A DNA stretch of 64,000 bases, from the NCBI RefSeq assembly GCF_033153115.1, contig NW_026889806.1:1736001-1800000 (forward strand), read 5' to 3'. Positions 24,901 to 44,306 of the stretch are shown one piece after another. Positions within the stretch are counted from its first letter, which is position 1, and each line of letters opens with the position of its first letter. Under the pieces are notes generated by a model. It saw only the letters and a list, made by a program, of their open reading frames with translations. It was not told the DNA's origin and did no database searches. The position numbers and the translations under genes are program-made. Source of the DNA: Saccostrea echinata (Eukaryota).

Positions 24901-27900
24901 AAAAAAACTGCTGCTACATAGAAACCAAAAAAATTTTGTAGAATATAGATATATGTCTTAAATTTTGGGAAGTATATCTCTTCAGAGATGTTAAGGAATG
25001 ATTGTATTTAACCATGATCTATGAATGCTATGCTGATTCATCTAATGTTTAGAAACACAGCACAGATATTCTTATGAATTTGAAGGATAGAGTGTTCACA
25101 TTTTTTTCCTCCCTTTTTGAAGGTCAGAGAGAAAATGTGCCCCCTGTCAACAAGGATGTGTGGGGAATGGAATCTGTCACTGTTACAGTCCACAGAGGGG
25201 AACATGGATATGGATTCTCTGTGATTGAGAGTTGTCCAGTCAAAGTTGGCAGAGTTGATAGAGGTACATATGTCATTTTTTTCACCAAGTGATATTCAGC
25301 ATGTCCAGACAAGAAAAATTGTGAACATCACTGGTTTGGCTAAGGAAAAAAATAAAGATTTAATTGTGTTGTTTGGTGATTTTTTTCAGGTTCCCCAGCA
25401 GATCATGCAGGGCTGTGTCCTGGAGATTGTATCATACGTGTCAATAACCAGAATGTCTCCCGATCACAGTCTGCCAGTGTAGCCAAACTTGTAAAGTGAG
25501 TTAAGCTTAAAAATCTTTTTTGTAGAATTATTTTCCCTATTTAGAAATTGCTGATATTGGTAATATACTGACAAATTCACAATTGTCTATTTATTTTACA
25601 GGAATTCAGGTCCTACTTTGATCATTGACCTGCAGCGCCCCAAGTCGTATGAGATTCTGGAGACCCCCTCTTGGCAGCAGGTGCTTCCTCCTAATTCCTC
25701 CATAGAACATATGGAGCTAAGACGTGGTCAGGACGACAATAACTCAGGAGAGCTCTCAGATGACAGCAAGGGGACTGATGGATCCGTAGATGAAGGAGTG
25801 TTCTCTCTTCCCAGTCACCTCATCACAAGCACCCCTCTCCCCCTCTTCATGAATGGACACCAGGTATGTATGGCGGGAAATATTTAGGGAGGTTAAGTGT
25901 GTGTAATAAGATTTTCAATTTGAGTTACCATTTGTTTTTATTTTTATTTGATACCACTCTGTTCTGTGGTAAATGTAAGATATCAGCTTCAAATGAAAAA
26001 ATTGCTAACATGGTTTTACTATTGTTGCAGACTGTGCCAACTAGAGATAAGAGGAAACAGGAGGCCATCCACAGATTAATGAGCATAGAGATGGAGTTTA
26101 TTGATGTCATGCATGCTGGAATGCAACGATATTCCAGACCACTCCGTCATTGTATTTTAAACCCCAGACAACATTTTACCCTCTTCCAAAATATCGAAAA
26201 AGTAAGTAGATTATGTCTCCTTTCTATCATTTAATTGAAAGTTACCTTCAGCAAAAGAATTATTATAATAGAAAATACACCTTTACAATGTTTGTTATTA
26301 AAAGAATGAAAAATTGGAATTTACTGTAAATCTGAACCATGGTTATCTTTACATTTTTAGTTGGTAACCATTTCTGAGTATCACCTTAAGCAAATCCATG
26401 ACAACATGCCATCATTTTGTTCGGACACAGAGGGATCTTTCACATCAAGTGAGGGAGGACAAAACTTTTCCATTGGCATGATCTATCAATCAAAGGTAAA
26501 TTCAAATCACACTCCAAACAAAAGGTTTTTTTTATTGAATAATTACTTGAAAATTCAGGACAGAATTTGTTGGGTCAGGAGAGAGACAGTTTTACTCACA
26601 AACTATTTCAAATTTTCAGGTACACATGCTGTCCCAAGCATATGAGTTGTATTCAAAAGGTTTAGGGGAGGCCAATGAACTTTTATTAGAACTAAGGAAA
26701 TCAACAGAATTTGTAAAATTTGTCAAGGTGAGTAGCTTTGAATAAAAGTAACAGTAGAATATTTATGATCACATATTATACATTTTATTAATTACTCATT
26801 TGAAGAGGCTAATTAAAGTGACTTAATTATTTGATTTAATACAGGATCCCCCCTTAGAGCCCCAACAGCCCTCTATCAGCACATTTCTAACCAAACCAGT
26901 CCATCACATTCGAGAGATGTACCAAGTACTTCAGGACATCTTCATAAACACACTCAATGAAGAGAGTGACTTTAAGGGTCTCAAACAGGTGGTTGAAAGT
27001 AAGTTATCTGCAATGGAAATTGTCAGTCATGCTTGCATCTTTAAAACAAAGTAAATGTAAGCTCTATTATTGCACAGTTGAATGAAATGCATTATGAAAA
27101 TGACAAAGTTTCATGAGACCATAAAAGTATATTTTTAAGAAAATTTCAACATCCTGAGTTACAGATTTTTAATAAACCTTTACCAAGTAAGACTACAAAG
27201 ATATTATATTGTAGGAGATTTAAAAAAAAAAATCTTGACTTTTCAGGTTTAAATGAGTGTGTGGGCAATATATCAAACTACAGCTGTGTGGACCGTGTTC
27301 CAAGCATTTCATCCCTTGCCTCATCGACTGGAAGCACAGGACATTCTAAAACTGAAACTAACTCAATGTCCGGCAAAGGCACTCTTGCTCCATCCTGTTC
27401 TATGAACACTGTACGATCTGTTGACTCAGAAGTAGCCAGAATACAAGATCGATTGGTGTTTTCTTCAAATGCTGGGGTAAGAAATGTGTTCTGTATCGTA
27501 CTTCATTATCAACATAAATACAAAAAATTTTAAAGCATATCCATATGTTTCAAAGGTCATAAAGGAATCTGTTACTGATATCTGCTTACTGATTCAAAAG
27601 CACCACTATGTTCAAGTATTGTAGACACATTCTAAAAGCTTTGTCTTTATGAAATGTTAATGTTTTTCCCCCCCAGAAATTCCAGCTATGTACAGAGGAC
27701 AGACATTTGATTTATGCTGGCGACATGTTTAGATGGGAGGGAACCACTTGGAAAAAGGTAGGAATCTTTACAAGAAAGATTTTCTGTCACTTCTGTTAAT
27801 AACATTCAGTAATTAATAAAATACATGTAAAGCATGGACAAAGTATCTAATTCTGCCATTTTTTTCAGCTGTTTGTACTGTTGTTCTCTGACATCCTGGT

Positions 27901-28349
27901 CCAGACTGAACAAGACAGAAGTGACCAGCTACATGTACTGTATGAACCTGTGTTTCTAAAGCACATTACACAGGTGGATGGACAGAGAAATCACAGTAAG
28001 TTGTGGTCACTGTTTTCAATAGGTGTCAAAAATTAAAAGACAGAAAAAAGTTCCTGCATGAAAAACTTTGTAGATTATGTTGCATCTAAATTGGAAATTA
28101 TGTAGAATTATTGGATTTACATTGTGATATGTTTTTCTTCCAGCAACTGAACTTGTTTTACATTTTGCTTCTGAAACAACCCCTCAAGGAGTTCCAATCA
28201 CCCACAAGATGCTATTCCGGGCCCCTACTACTGAATTGAAGTACACCTGGAAGTCTCTTTTGGAGCAGAAAGTCCATAATGTAAGGGGAATTACCACAGA
28301 CTACTATAGTCTTAGTGACTGCTCTGCAGGCTCAGCTGTTATCATATGA
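18955..28349 (+). CDS. C2-PDZ-RhoGEF(DH)-PH protein, PsGEF-like / homologous to the RGS3 N-terminus (775 aa, 17 coding exons)
   Basis: Exons 18955-19135, 22246-22296, 22421-22479, 22579-22673, 23656-23724, 24477-24628, 25123-25263, 25390-25495, 25602-25863, 26031-26201, 26361-26495, 26620-26727, 26845-26998, 27247-27476, 27677-27757, 27869-27995, 28144-28349; 2328 nt, open frame. C2 (LTVHVIQARHL..NPLFDEKFSF..FLGCTSFG..GWYYLL), PDZ (HGYGFSV..GSPADHAGLCPGDCIIRVN), DH (LFQNIEKL..FLTKPV), PH (RHLIYAG..LFVLLFSDIL..LKYTWK). No RGS domain. Confidence 0.85.
22075..22135 (+). CDS. Putative alternative first coding exon of the C2-PDZ-RhoGEF gene
   Basis: ATG..MVFSRPDSVGIYEQKIMSTR-G|GTATAT. The phase-1 donor is compatible with the exon at 22246. 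AGCCAATCA box at about 21872. Confidence 0.45.
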
Positions 28350-28390
28350 AAGGAAAGGCGAAAAAGGACAACGGTGACGGAGGACTGCAC

Positions 28391-28601
28391 AGAATCAGCT
28401 GATGATAAAGACAGACAATGACGATTGTGAGCATAGACTATAGTGCTTCATCAAGATTAAACAGCAACAGAACATAGCTGATTTCATATAAAGACAAGGA
28501 CCAAAAAAAACAACAGCCTCGGGGAGACCACCCAAGATCAGCTGTTGATGAAGACGGACTTTGATGACTGTGAACACAGGTCTTAGTGCTTCATTAAGAA
28601 T
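28391..28601 (+). repeat. Imperfect direct repeat of about 68 bp in the 3' UTR (period 143)
   Basis: ATCAGCTGATGATAAAGACAGACAATGACGATTGTGAGCATAGACTATAGTGCTTCATCAAGA (28394) versus ATCAGCTGTTGATGAAGACGGACTTTGATGACTGTGAACACAGGTCTTAGTGCTTCATTAAGA (28537). Confidence 0.8.
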
Positions 28602-29633
28602 GGACTACAGTGTAATAAAGAGTTTCTATCATTATTTTTTTTTCTTGATAGATATCAACATTTGTCTCAGAAAAGCATGTTAAGTAGTTTTTATGGTATA
28701 TGTATTCATTTCTGAGCTAATGGAATGTAGACATATATTGACATAAGATTTGTGGTCAGTAAATGTTATATATATATGTACATGTAGATTGCCACATGAA
28801 ACTTTTGTAATGTTGTTTTTATTGAACCAGATTCAGTTTTCATTGCACAATTACTATGTGTGTTAGGAATTAAGTTGCAAACATTGCTAGTCAGTAGATA
28901 AATATTTGCTGTTTTATTTACTCATTCGTGTAATTCAAGAGATTTTACATTACTCCTGTATGTATTTAACCTTTGTACTAAGAATATTCCATTTTTAAGC
29001 AGCGATAAATAATCCAGTCTACCCAGATTATCAATACTCAGATTTTTTGTAGCCATATTTACTCTATGATGCATTTTATAGATTTTGTATACCTTTGGTA
29101 TGAATTATATGTGGATTTTGTTGGGAGTTCCTTTGTTGGAACTGTGAAGTGTGATAAAAGACGCTACCTTGATTGAGTTTACTCATCATATGAACAAAGT
29201 ATTGTTTTGATAGGATTTGATAGGCTTTTTAAGGATGTGTGATTTGTGGCAAATTTTGTATAAATTTCTTTTTAAAAATGACAACAAAAATAGAAAAGTG
29301 AAACCTTCTTGTAGTTGGTGTTGTACTTTTTAATCACTTTTATGAGATATTTTTAATTATGTTATTTGTTTTGTTTTTTCTGCCACGAAAGTGCTATTGT
29401 ATTTTATGCTTGGAAATCATGTTTCGTTAATCTTTGGAAATCCTTTAAGAATTGTAATTACCTCTGACCACAGTAATGGTCCCCAATATTCCTCCTTTCA
29501 CTTTCATCTCAACTTCTTTCACTTTCATCTGAACTTTGTAGTATTTATTTTTAGTTAGACCCATAGTGTTTAGAAACAGTTTTGTAAGTTTATAAGAAAA
29601 ATAGTAAATTCAGACAACTAAACAAGCTATGTG

Positions 29634-30515
29634 TTTTTTGTTAGCTCACATCAACAAAGCTAGGGGAACTTATGTAATAACATAAGTGTCCATGTCCCAG
29701 GTTAAAATGTTCGAGATTCCTTTCAAAGTATTTCTTTGCCTTATATTAATTAGAGCTGCATGGATGATGCATCTAGGGATGCACACTACTGAACTGGCTT
29801 CAGATGCTGAATCTGACCTACATTTTTCTTGAGACAGATGAGTGACCAGGTTAAAGTTTTTGGGGTGGGTCCATTCCCAAGTAACTATAAACTCAATGTG
29901 AACCAAACTTCTGTGTGTGATGCATCCAGAGATGCATACTACCAACCTTTCTTTGGATGCTTCATCTGACCTACATTTTCCAGATGATTGACTAGATTAA
30001 AGATTAAGGTCTTTTCCCAAGTACAAATAAGCACATTGTTGACTAGGTTGATTCATTCAAGGATGCACACTACAGGACTTGCTTCGTATGCTGAAGCTGA
30101 CCTACATTTTCCAGATGAGTGTCCAGGTTAAATGTTTGGAGCAGGTCCATTTCAATGTAACCATAATCCCAACTTGGACTGTACCTAGAGATGCACACTA
30201 CCAGACTTGCTTTGGATGATGAATTTGACCTACATTTTCATCATGAGTGACAATGTTAAAGTGTTTGGAGCAGGTCCATTCTAATGTAACTGCACGTATA
30301 AGCCCTACCTGGACCAACTTCTTTGTATGATGCAACTAGTGATGCACACTAACAGACTTGATTTGAATGCTGGATCTGACTTACATTTTCCAGATGAATA
30401 ACCAGGTTTCAAGTGCCATTCTCAAGTAACTTTAAGCCCAACCTGGACCAAACTTGTGTGTGTCATGTATCTAGGGATGCACACTACCAGAATTGCTTTG
30501 GATGCTGGATCCTTT
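29634..30515 (+). mobile_element. Helentron/HINE-like non-autonomous element with degenerate internal tandem array
   Basis: Starts TTTTTGTTAGCTCAC. About six diverged 130-155 bp units containing GATGCACACTAC..CTTGCTTTGGATGCTGAATCTGACCTACATTTTC. Confidence 0.65.
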
Positions 30516-31685
30516 GCTTTGTTGCCTTCTCTCCTGAGGCTTCACATTGTCCCTCCATTGCATTGCCTCAATGGCTGTAAGATTTATTGATTATATGTAG
30601 TTGAAGTCCCAGGGGAAATTTTCACAGATATCAAGACATGCTACCTATAGATGGTAATATTTTCTAGGGATGGCAATTTGTAATAGGTTTTTTTTTTTTT
30701 TGTATTTAAATTGAAATAAAATATATATACATGCGCAGATCTAGAGGGGGTCTGGACCCCCCTTGGAATTATTAAAAGTATATACTGAAGCAAATAAAAA
30801 ATGACTTTGGCCCCCCCTAGAAAACATGGACTCCACGATCACTACCAAGAAAATATTTGTTTTTCACGTTTGGGAAATGGATTTTATTTTTTATTTATTT
30901 TTTTTTTTTCTTGTCAAGAAATTTTTAGATTTGAATTTTTTTTTTGACTTGGATGGACCCATAGGTTATTGACTTTCACATCTTAATTTTAGTGAGTTTA
31001 AGCCAGTGGACACTAAAATACACAGACAAATCTCTTCTTTTTTTTCTTGAAGATAATTGATTCCTCTGTTTAAGATTCTCATACAGTTGAACTTCAGTAT
31101 CCGGATCGTCGATTTCTCAAATACCATGGAATCGTTATGTCAAATTTAAGTAAGTTGGAAGTCTTTACCACTTTTCTTTGTGTATTTTAACCTCAGTATC
31201 CTGAACTCTTGCATACAACAAAGTTTTTTCTCGGTTTATTTAAGTTAAAGATAAGGAGTTTTGACTGTGTGTGTATTCAATAGCATTTTATGATGAAAAT
31301 TGGTGATAGCAAAGAGTTATTCCCCTTTAGCACATTTCAAAGACATTTATAGATAAGGAGGCTTCATTTTTGCTGAGTGTCTTTCCCCCAATTCATTATT
31401 TTTTTTATTTGGGAAATTATTTGTACATGTATATTAAAATCAAATGTCCCGAGTTCCCTGATAATTTTTGCTCATGCTTTTTTTTTCTTTTTCTTTCTTT
31501 CTTTTTTTTTTTCTTTTTCTTTTTTTTTTTAACTATCATCATTTATATAATATTTTTTTTCATTTACATAATAGAAACGTAAGAAAACTGCATTCTTATT
31601 TGTTTTAAAAAATCTGCCACAAATATTTTGAAGGTAAGTAGCACATCAATATCAAGAAGAATTAATTGATCGGGCTCGTGATACA

Positions 31686-31698
31686 TTTGCATAGCAAC
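31686..31698 (+). promoter_or_regulatory. RFX X-box-like motif upstream of AK8
   Basis: TTTGCATAGCAAC, with a strong RGYAAC half-site, about 50 nt before the ATG of a ciliary/flagellar gene. Confidence 0.5.
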
Positions 31699-31745
31699 GC
31701 AATCAACACGAGCGTAAAGAACTAAAGTAAAGAGAACCGTTGAAA

Positions 31746-37715
<5,970 letters not shown>

Positions 37716-39941
37716 TGTGGAACTTTTCCTGTCAGTGTTTATGTATATAAATGACATTTCAGTTACATTACAGATGACTGTTTTATCAACTGTATTAATG
37801 TTGGTTATGTTTATGTGACAATTTCCATAATTAAAATATGACATTTTCTTAAAGTATAACATTAAAAAGTTAACATATACATATAGGTGAGTCTTTGTTA
37901 TCAGATTTTATGTTTTTCATGCAATGTGAATACATTACTTCTTAACTCATGAAGATCATTGATAGGTGAGATTTTGAATAGCTCCCTTTATATTATCAAA
38001 ATGTTCAACCCTTGCAATAACAATGCATGCTTTGTGAAATACAACTCGAAAAATCATTTGATATAAAGTGAGAATGCCACACAAGACTGACCACTGAAAA
38101 TTTATTATGATCAACTATTGTATTCATTGAATATGTAACAATGCCATGTAAGGTACAAACACCTCTATACAAACAGATGTATGTATCTGTGTCTTTAGTC
38201 TCTTGACATGTCCTTATATACTCTCCTCTAATGGTCGGATCACTATTGACATACAGTAATAACAATAATTCAACCTCCAGTCAGAGGAAGAGATAAAGTC
38301 CTAACAAACCTATTTGTGCATGTATTTACAAGTAGTAGATAGCTACAGGCTGGTCTCCGTTATATCAACTATTGCTACCAGTAGCCTACAGATTAAATTG
38401 TGGCTTCCAGCCTTCCTATATTTCTTACAGACCTGCTCTAGCTTTGTACAAATCAAAGACCAATCTTCAAAAAGAGAGACTCCCTACTTCCATGCACATA
38501 CACTTCTGCACAGTTGAATACATATGTATAATCAGTAAGATGCATTCCAAATTAATAAACCTCATTAAACATGAGCAAAAACAAAGGATATCCCAGTATT
38601 TATATTTCCTTAACCATTCTTCAGTACTGTCTTCCTCTCATTTCAGTCTGTAGACTAGAATCGGTAAAAGACAAGAACCAAATAAAACATAGTTTTTATT
38701 GGTATTCTTCTGTGGCAGTAATGACAATCATGCAAAACAACATGGATGACTTTTACACTGGCATAATTTTCTATTCAGTATTCACATTTACTGGTATCTA
38801 ACACAATAAGGCATATCTAACAAAGGTCATGCAAAGAATTAACTATATGTGGCATCGCTACATGTACTGTATATACCACACATGCATTTAAGCTGTGATT
38901 AAGAAAATGTTTTGCTTTGAGGTATAATTTCCACTCAAAAGTGCTGTGAATTTTTCACACATCTATTGAAAAGATATATAATATTATTTATATCCCTTAT
39001 GTCAAACACAGGACATATACCAATGAACAGAGCTCATACACTTCTATTTAAAATCATGGTGGTAATTGTTGCTTTTTTATAACAATACTGTAAACAAATA
39101 TTAAGGATAAAAATCAAGTTGGGCTGATATATACAGTGTATAAATTAATTATGTGCAGAAATCACAATACATCCATCTATTTTCAATGTATCTACAGTAC
39201 AATAGATGGGCAGAATTTCAAATGTATGAACAGTATCTCTACAAGTTTATATACCAAGTTTTAATAATTTTTGTTTTAATTTGCAAGAAATTGAGCAAAC
39301 AGAGTATGTTTGTTGAATTTCTAAGTTTAAGCACCATATGTTATTTCAGATACATATACATTGTACAATCTGGTAATTTACCTTTGGCAATCAGCAAATT
39401 TAATAATCTACAACCTGTGAATAAACCCTGGATACTGGCAACGACAGGACCTTAATTTTCCAGTTGCCATGACTAGTGAAATTTAATTTATAAACGTATA
39501 CATCTGTAACAATATTCAAAAAAAAAAATTACAATAATCGGGGGAAAATATTTTCAATTTCTGGTTAAAATTCAATTACATAATGTACTAACATTTTATA
39601 TATCGATAACACATAATATAATCAAATACATGCACACCAAAATAAATGTATATAATCAAATACTCTTGTTTTGAATAGATACATAAAATTTATTTATCAG
39701 TGTTCATAAGACACATAAATTCATATCTGACCTGCATTAACATACAGCATTCAACAAAACTAAAACACATAAATAATATATCGTAAACAATGAATGTACA
39801 GTGCAGTTGAAATACATGTACACTTCAGGGCTTTTTCTTCCTTCAGAATTTTTTTTTTATTACATACATCCTGTATCACTTTACTGTAGTGCCTTTCTTT
39901 GTCAAAGTTAATATAAACCTAAGATTAATAACAAATTGAGA

Positions 39942-42128
<2,187 letters not shown>

Positions 42129-44306
42129 TGTCGAAATATCTTGTTAGTGTGTGTTCTGCTCTCACAGGCCACGTACCCCCATGAGAAACCGGAAATGTGA
42201 AAATCTAAAAGTAGGAATCAAACGTTAAAATCTTTAAACTTTCAAAACATGCATGGTTTACTAAAATCAGAAAGTCCATTAAAACTTTCTTTCATTGCAT
42301 AAAATAAAATAAATAAAAACCCTCCTTACTTCTCTTTTAAGCTGCACAGAACAACAACATTACCATAAATTTCCCGATTTGCCGGTGTTTCTTTCAGGGC
42401 GTAACTTCATTTACTAGAAAAGCCGCCACGTTATAAATTTTAGTATCCGAGCCCGATCTATATATTAAAGTTGAGGAAGGATGAGGGAAGCTTAGATATT
42501 CCGAATCCGATACCGCTTAAGAAGATTGGAAGAATTTTTAAAAATTTATTATTATTTTCATTGATGAATGAAGTTTCATATGGATTTAATTAAAACCATT
42601 ATTATTATTTTTTTTTACATAAAATATTACAAGAAATCATAGCTAAATGGGTTTTGTATTACCCTCATTCAATATCAATATTTGGAATCATTTATTACAG
42701 TTTTTGGTACGTAAAATCCCATTTAGAATTAATAATGATCGAGGCTTTTTAAAGTAAAGTTAAATTTTCTTAAGGAAGGGGTATAATCCCACATTATATG
42801 CGCTCAAAAAATAAATAAATAATATTTAAAAATAGTAATAATAAATAAATATACAGAAGTTTTCGAAACTGCGATTCTTAACAGTTCTTCTTGCTGTTAT
42901 AAAACCACTGTCGGAACCCACTGGTTTTCTCTCCGTTAGTTACATTACATTATCAACTCTATTCATATCAGAGGAGATGAAAGTCATTAACGGCATCTGG
43001 ATAAATTCCCGGTAAAAATCTGTATTTTATTTACTGTTAAAAAATTTAGCCACTACCAAAGTTTTCGTTCTTGCCGATATGCAATGACAGTCAAACTTTC
43101 CAGAAATCTTGACTATGGAACCCTTTTAAAAGTTTTGTGTCGAACCCAACATATGAAGTTCAGTCGTTGTTTTGTTGAGAAGGGGGAGAGTTAGGCTAAA
43201 TTAAATTAAATTAAAGTACTAATTAAACAAGGTAAGTAATTAGATATAATAAATCATAGAAAGGATTCCTTAATTGTAACCTGAAGTTCATAGGTCAGCA
43301 TTTCTCTATTACTATTACAATGACCTTTGAACTTGATCCAAATTTAAAATGTTTAAAGCCATAGGTTAAAATTTAGAGTCCCATCACAGGTGCTCTCATG
43401 TTTCTAAGACTCTTCTTTTACAAGTTATTGTTTTTAACTAAGAAGACCGAAGAACTAAGTGTATCCCCTCAAAGTCTTTGCCATTGACTGTCTCACACCA
43501 CTTTTGGGGGAATTATCAGTGATCACACTTTACTTTTATTGAATTTGCCAGTGTCGAAATCTGACTGACAAGTTTTCTCTGCATGTCTTGAAATATATTC
43601 CTAGAATCATTTTTGCTGAAAAGACTTCTTTGATTCATTTTAAATGATAGGCAAAATTTTGCCAAATTATGTGGTAAATTAAAGATAATGTCGTATATTA
43701 TCGTTACTGCTCTAAGTGCCTGACTTTCAAATGATATGATTCGGTTCACTTGTTTCCAGATTCTGTGAATAAAATACGCCGTAGCTTAATACACTAAAAA
43801 TAAAAGCATAGAAAGAAAAAAGTAATTAACGCGCCTCATATATATTCAACTCTGTCATTTCTTTTACTTTTATAATTTTTCATGTATATAAAATGTGCTA
43901 TACACAAAATAATAATATTTAAAAAAAAAATGTTTCAGTGAACGTAATATCTGTCGGGACTTTGAAACATTAAATTAATTAATGCATATGTGACAAAATC
44001 TTGCGATTGATAGAAATACAAGTAAGGAGAGAAAAAACAGATGGAAAATAAGTTCTTCTACTTTTTTTAAAATATATAATGATTTGTATCCTCTGACAGT
44101 GAAGTCTGCTATATAATTAGACATTTCTTTCGCTCTCTAATCCCAGGTAATATTTAACATTTCCTTTAAAGCAAAACCTTTCTTTCAAGCCAGTCATCAT
44201 TACAGGTTAATATTTTGAAAAAAAAAAATTCCATGTAAATATTGTATTCATAATCCGGGATATAAAATGTTGTCAGTACTAACTCTTGTCTGTATGCTCA
44301 TTCAAA
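42129..44306. promoter_or_regulatory. Divergent promoter region shared by SURF4 and TADA1
   Basis: Head-to-head start codons 2.2 kb apart. ETS-like CCGGAAAT at about 42190. YY1-like AAAATGGC overlaps the TADA1 ATG. Confidence 0.45.

Noticed and set aside
18955-28349. Calling this gene RGS3
   Set aside because: The C2-PDZ part resembles RGS3, but the frame ends after DH-PH and no RGS domain is seen before AK8.
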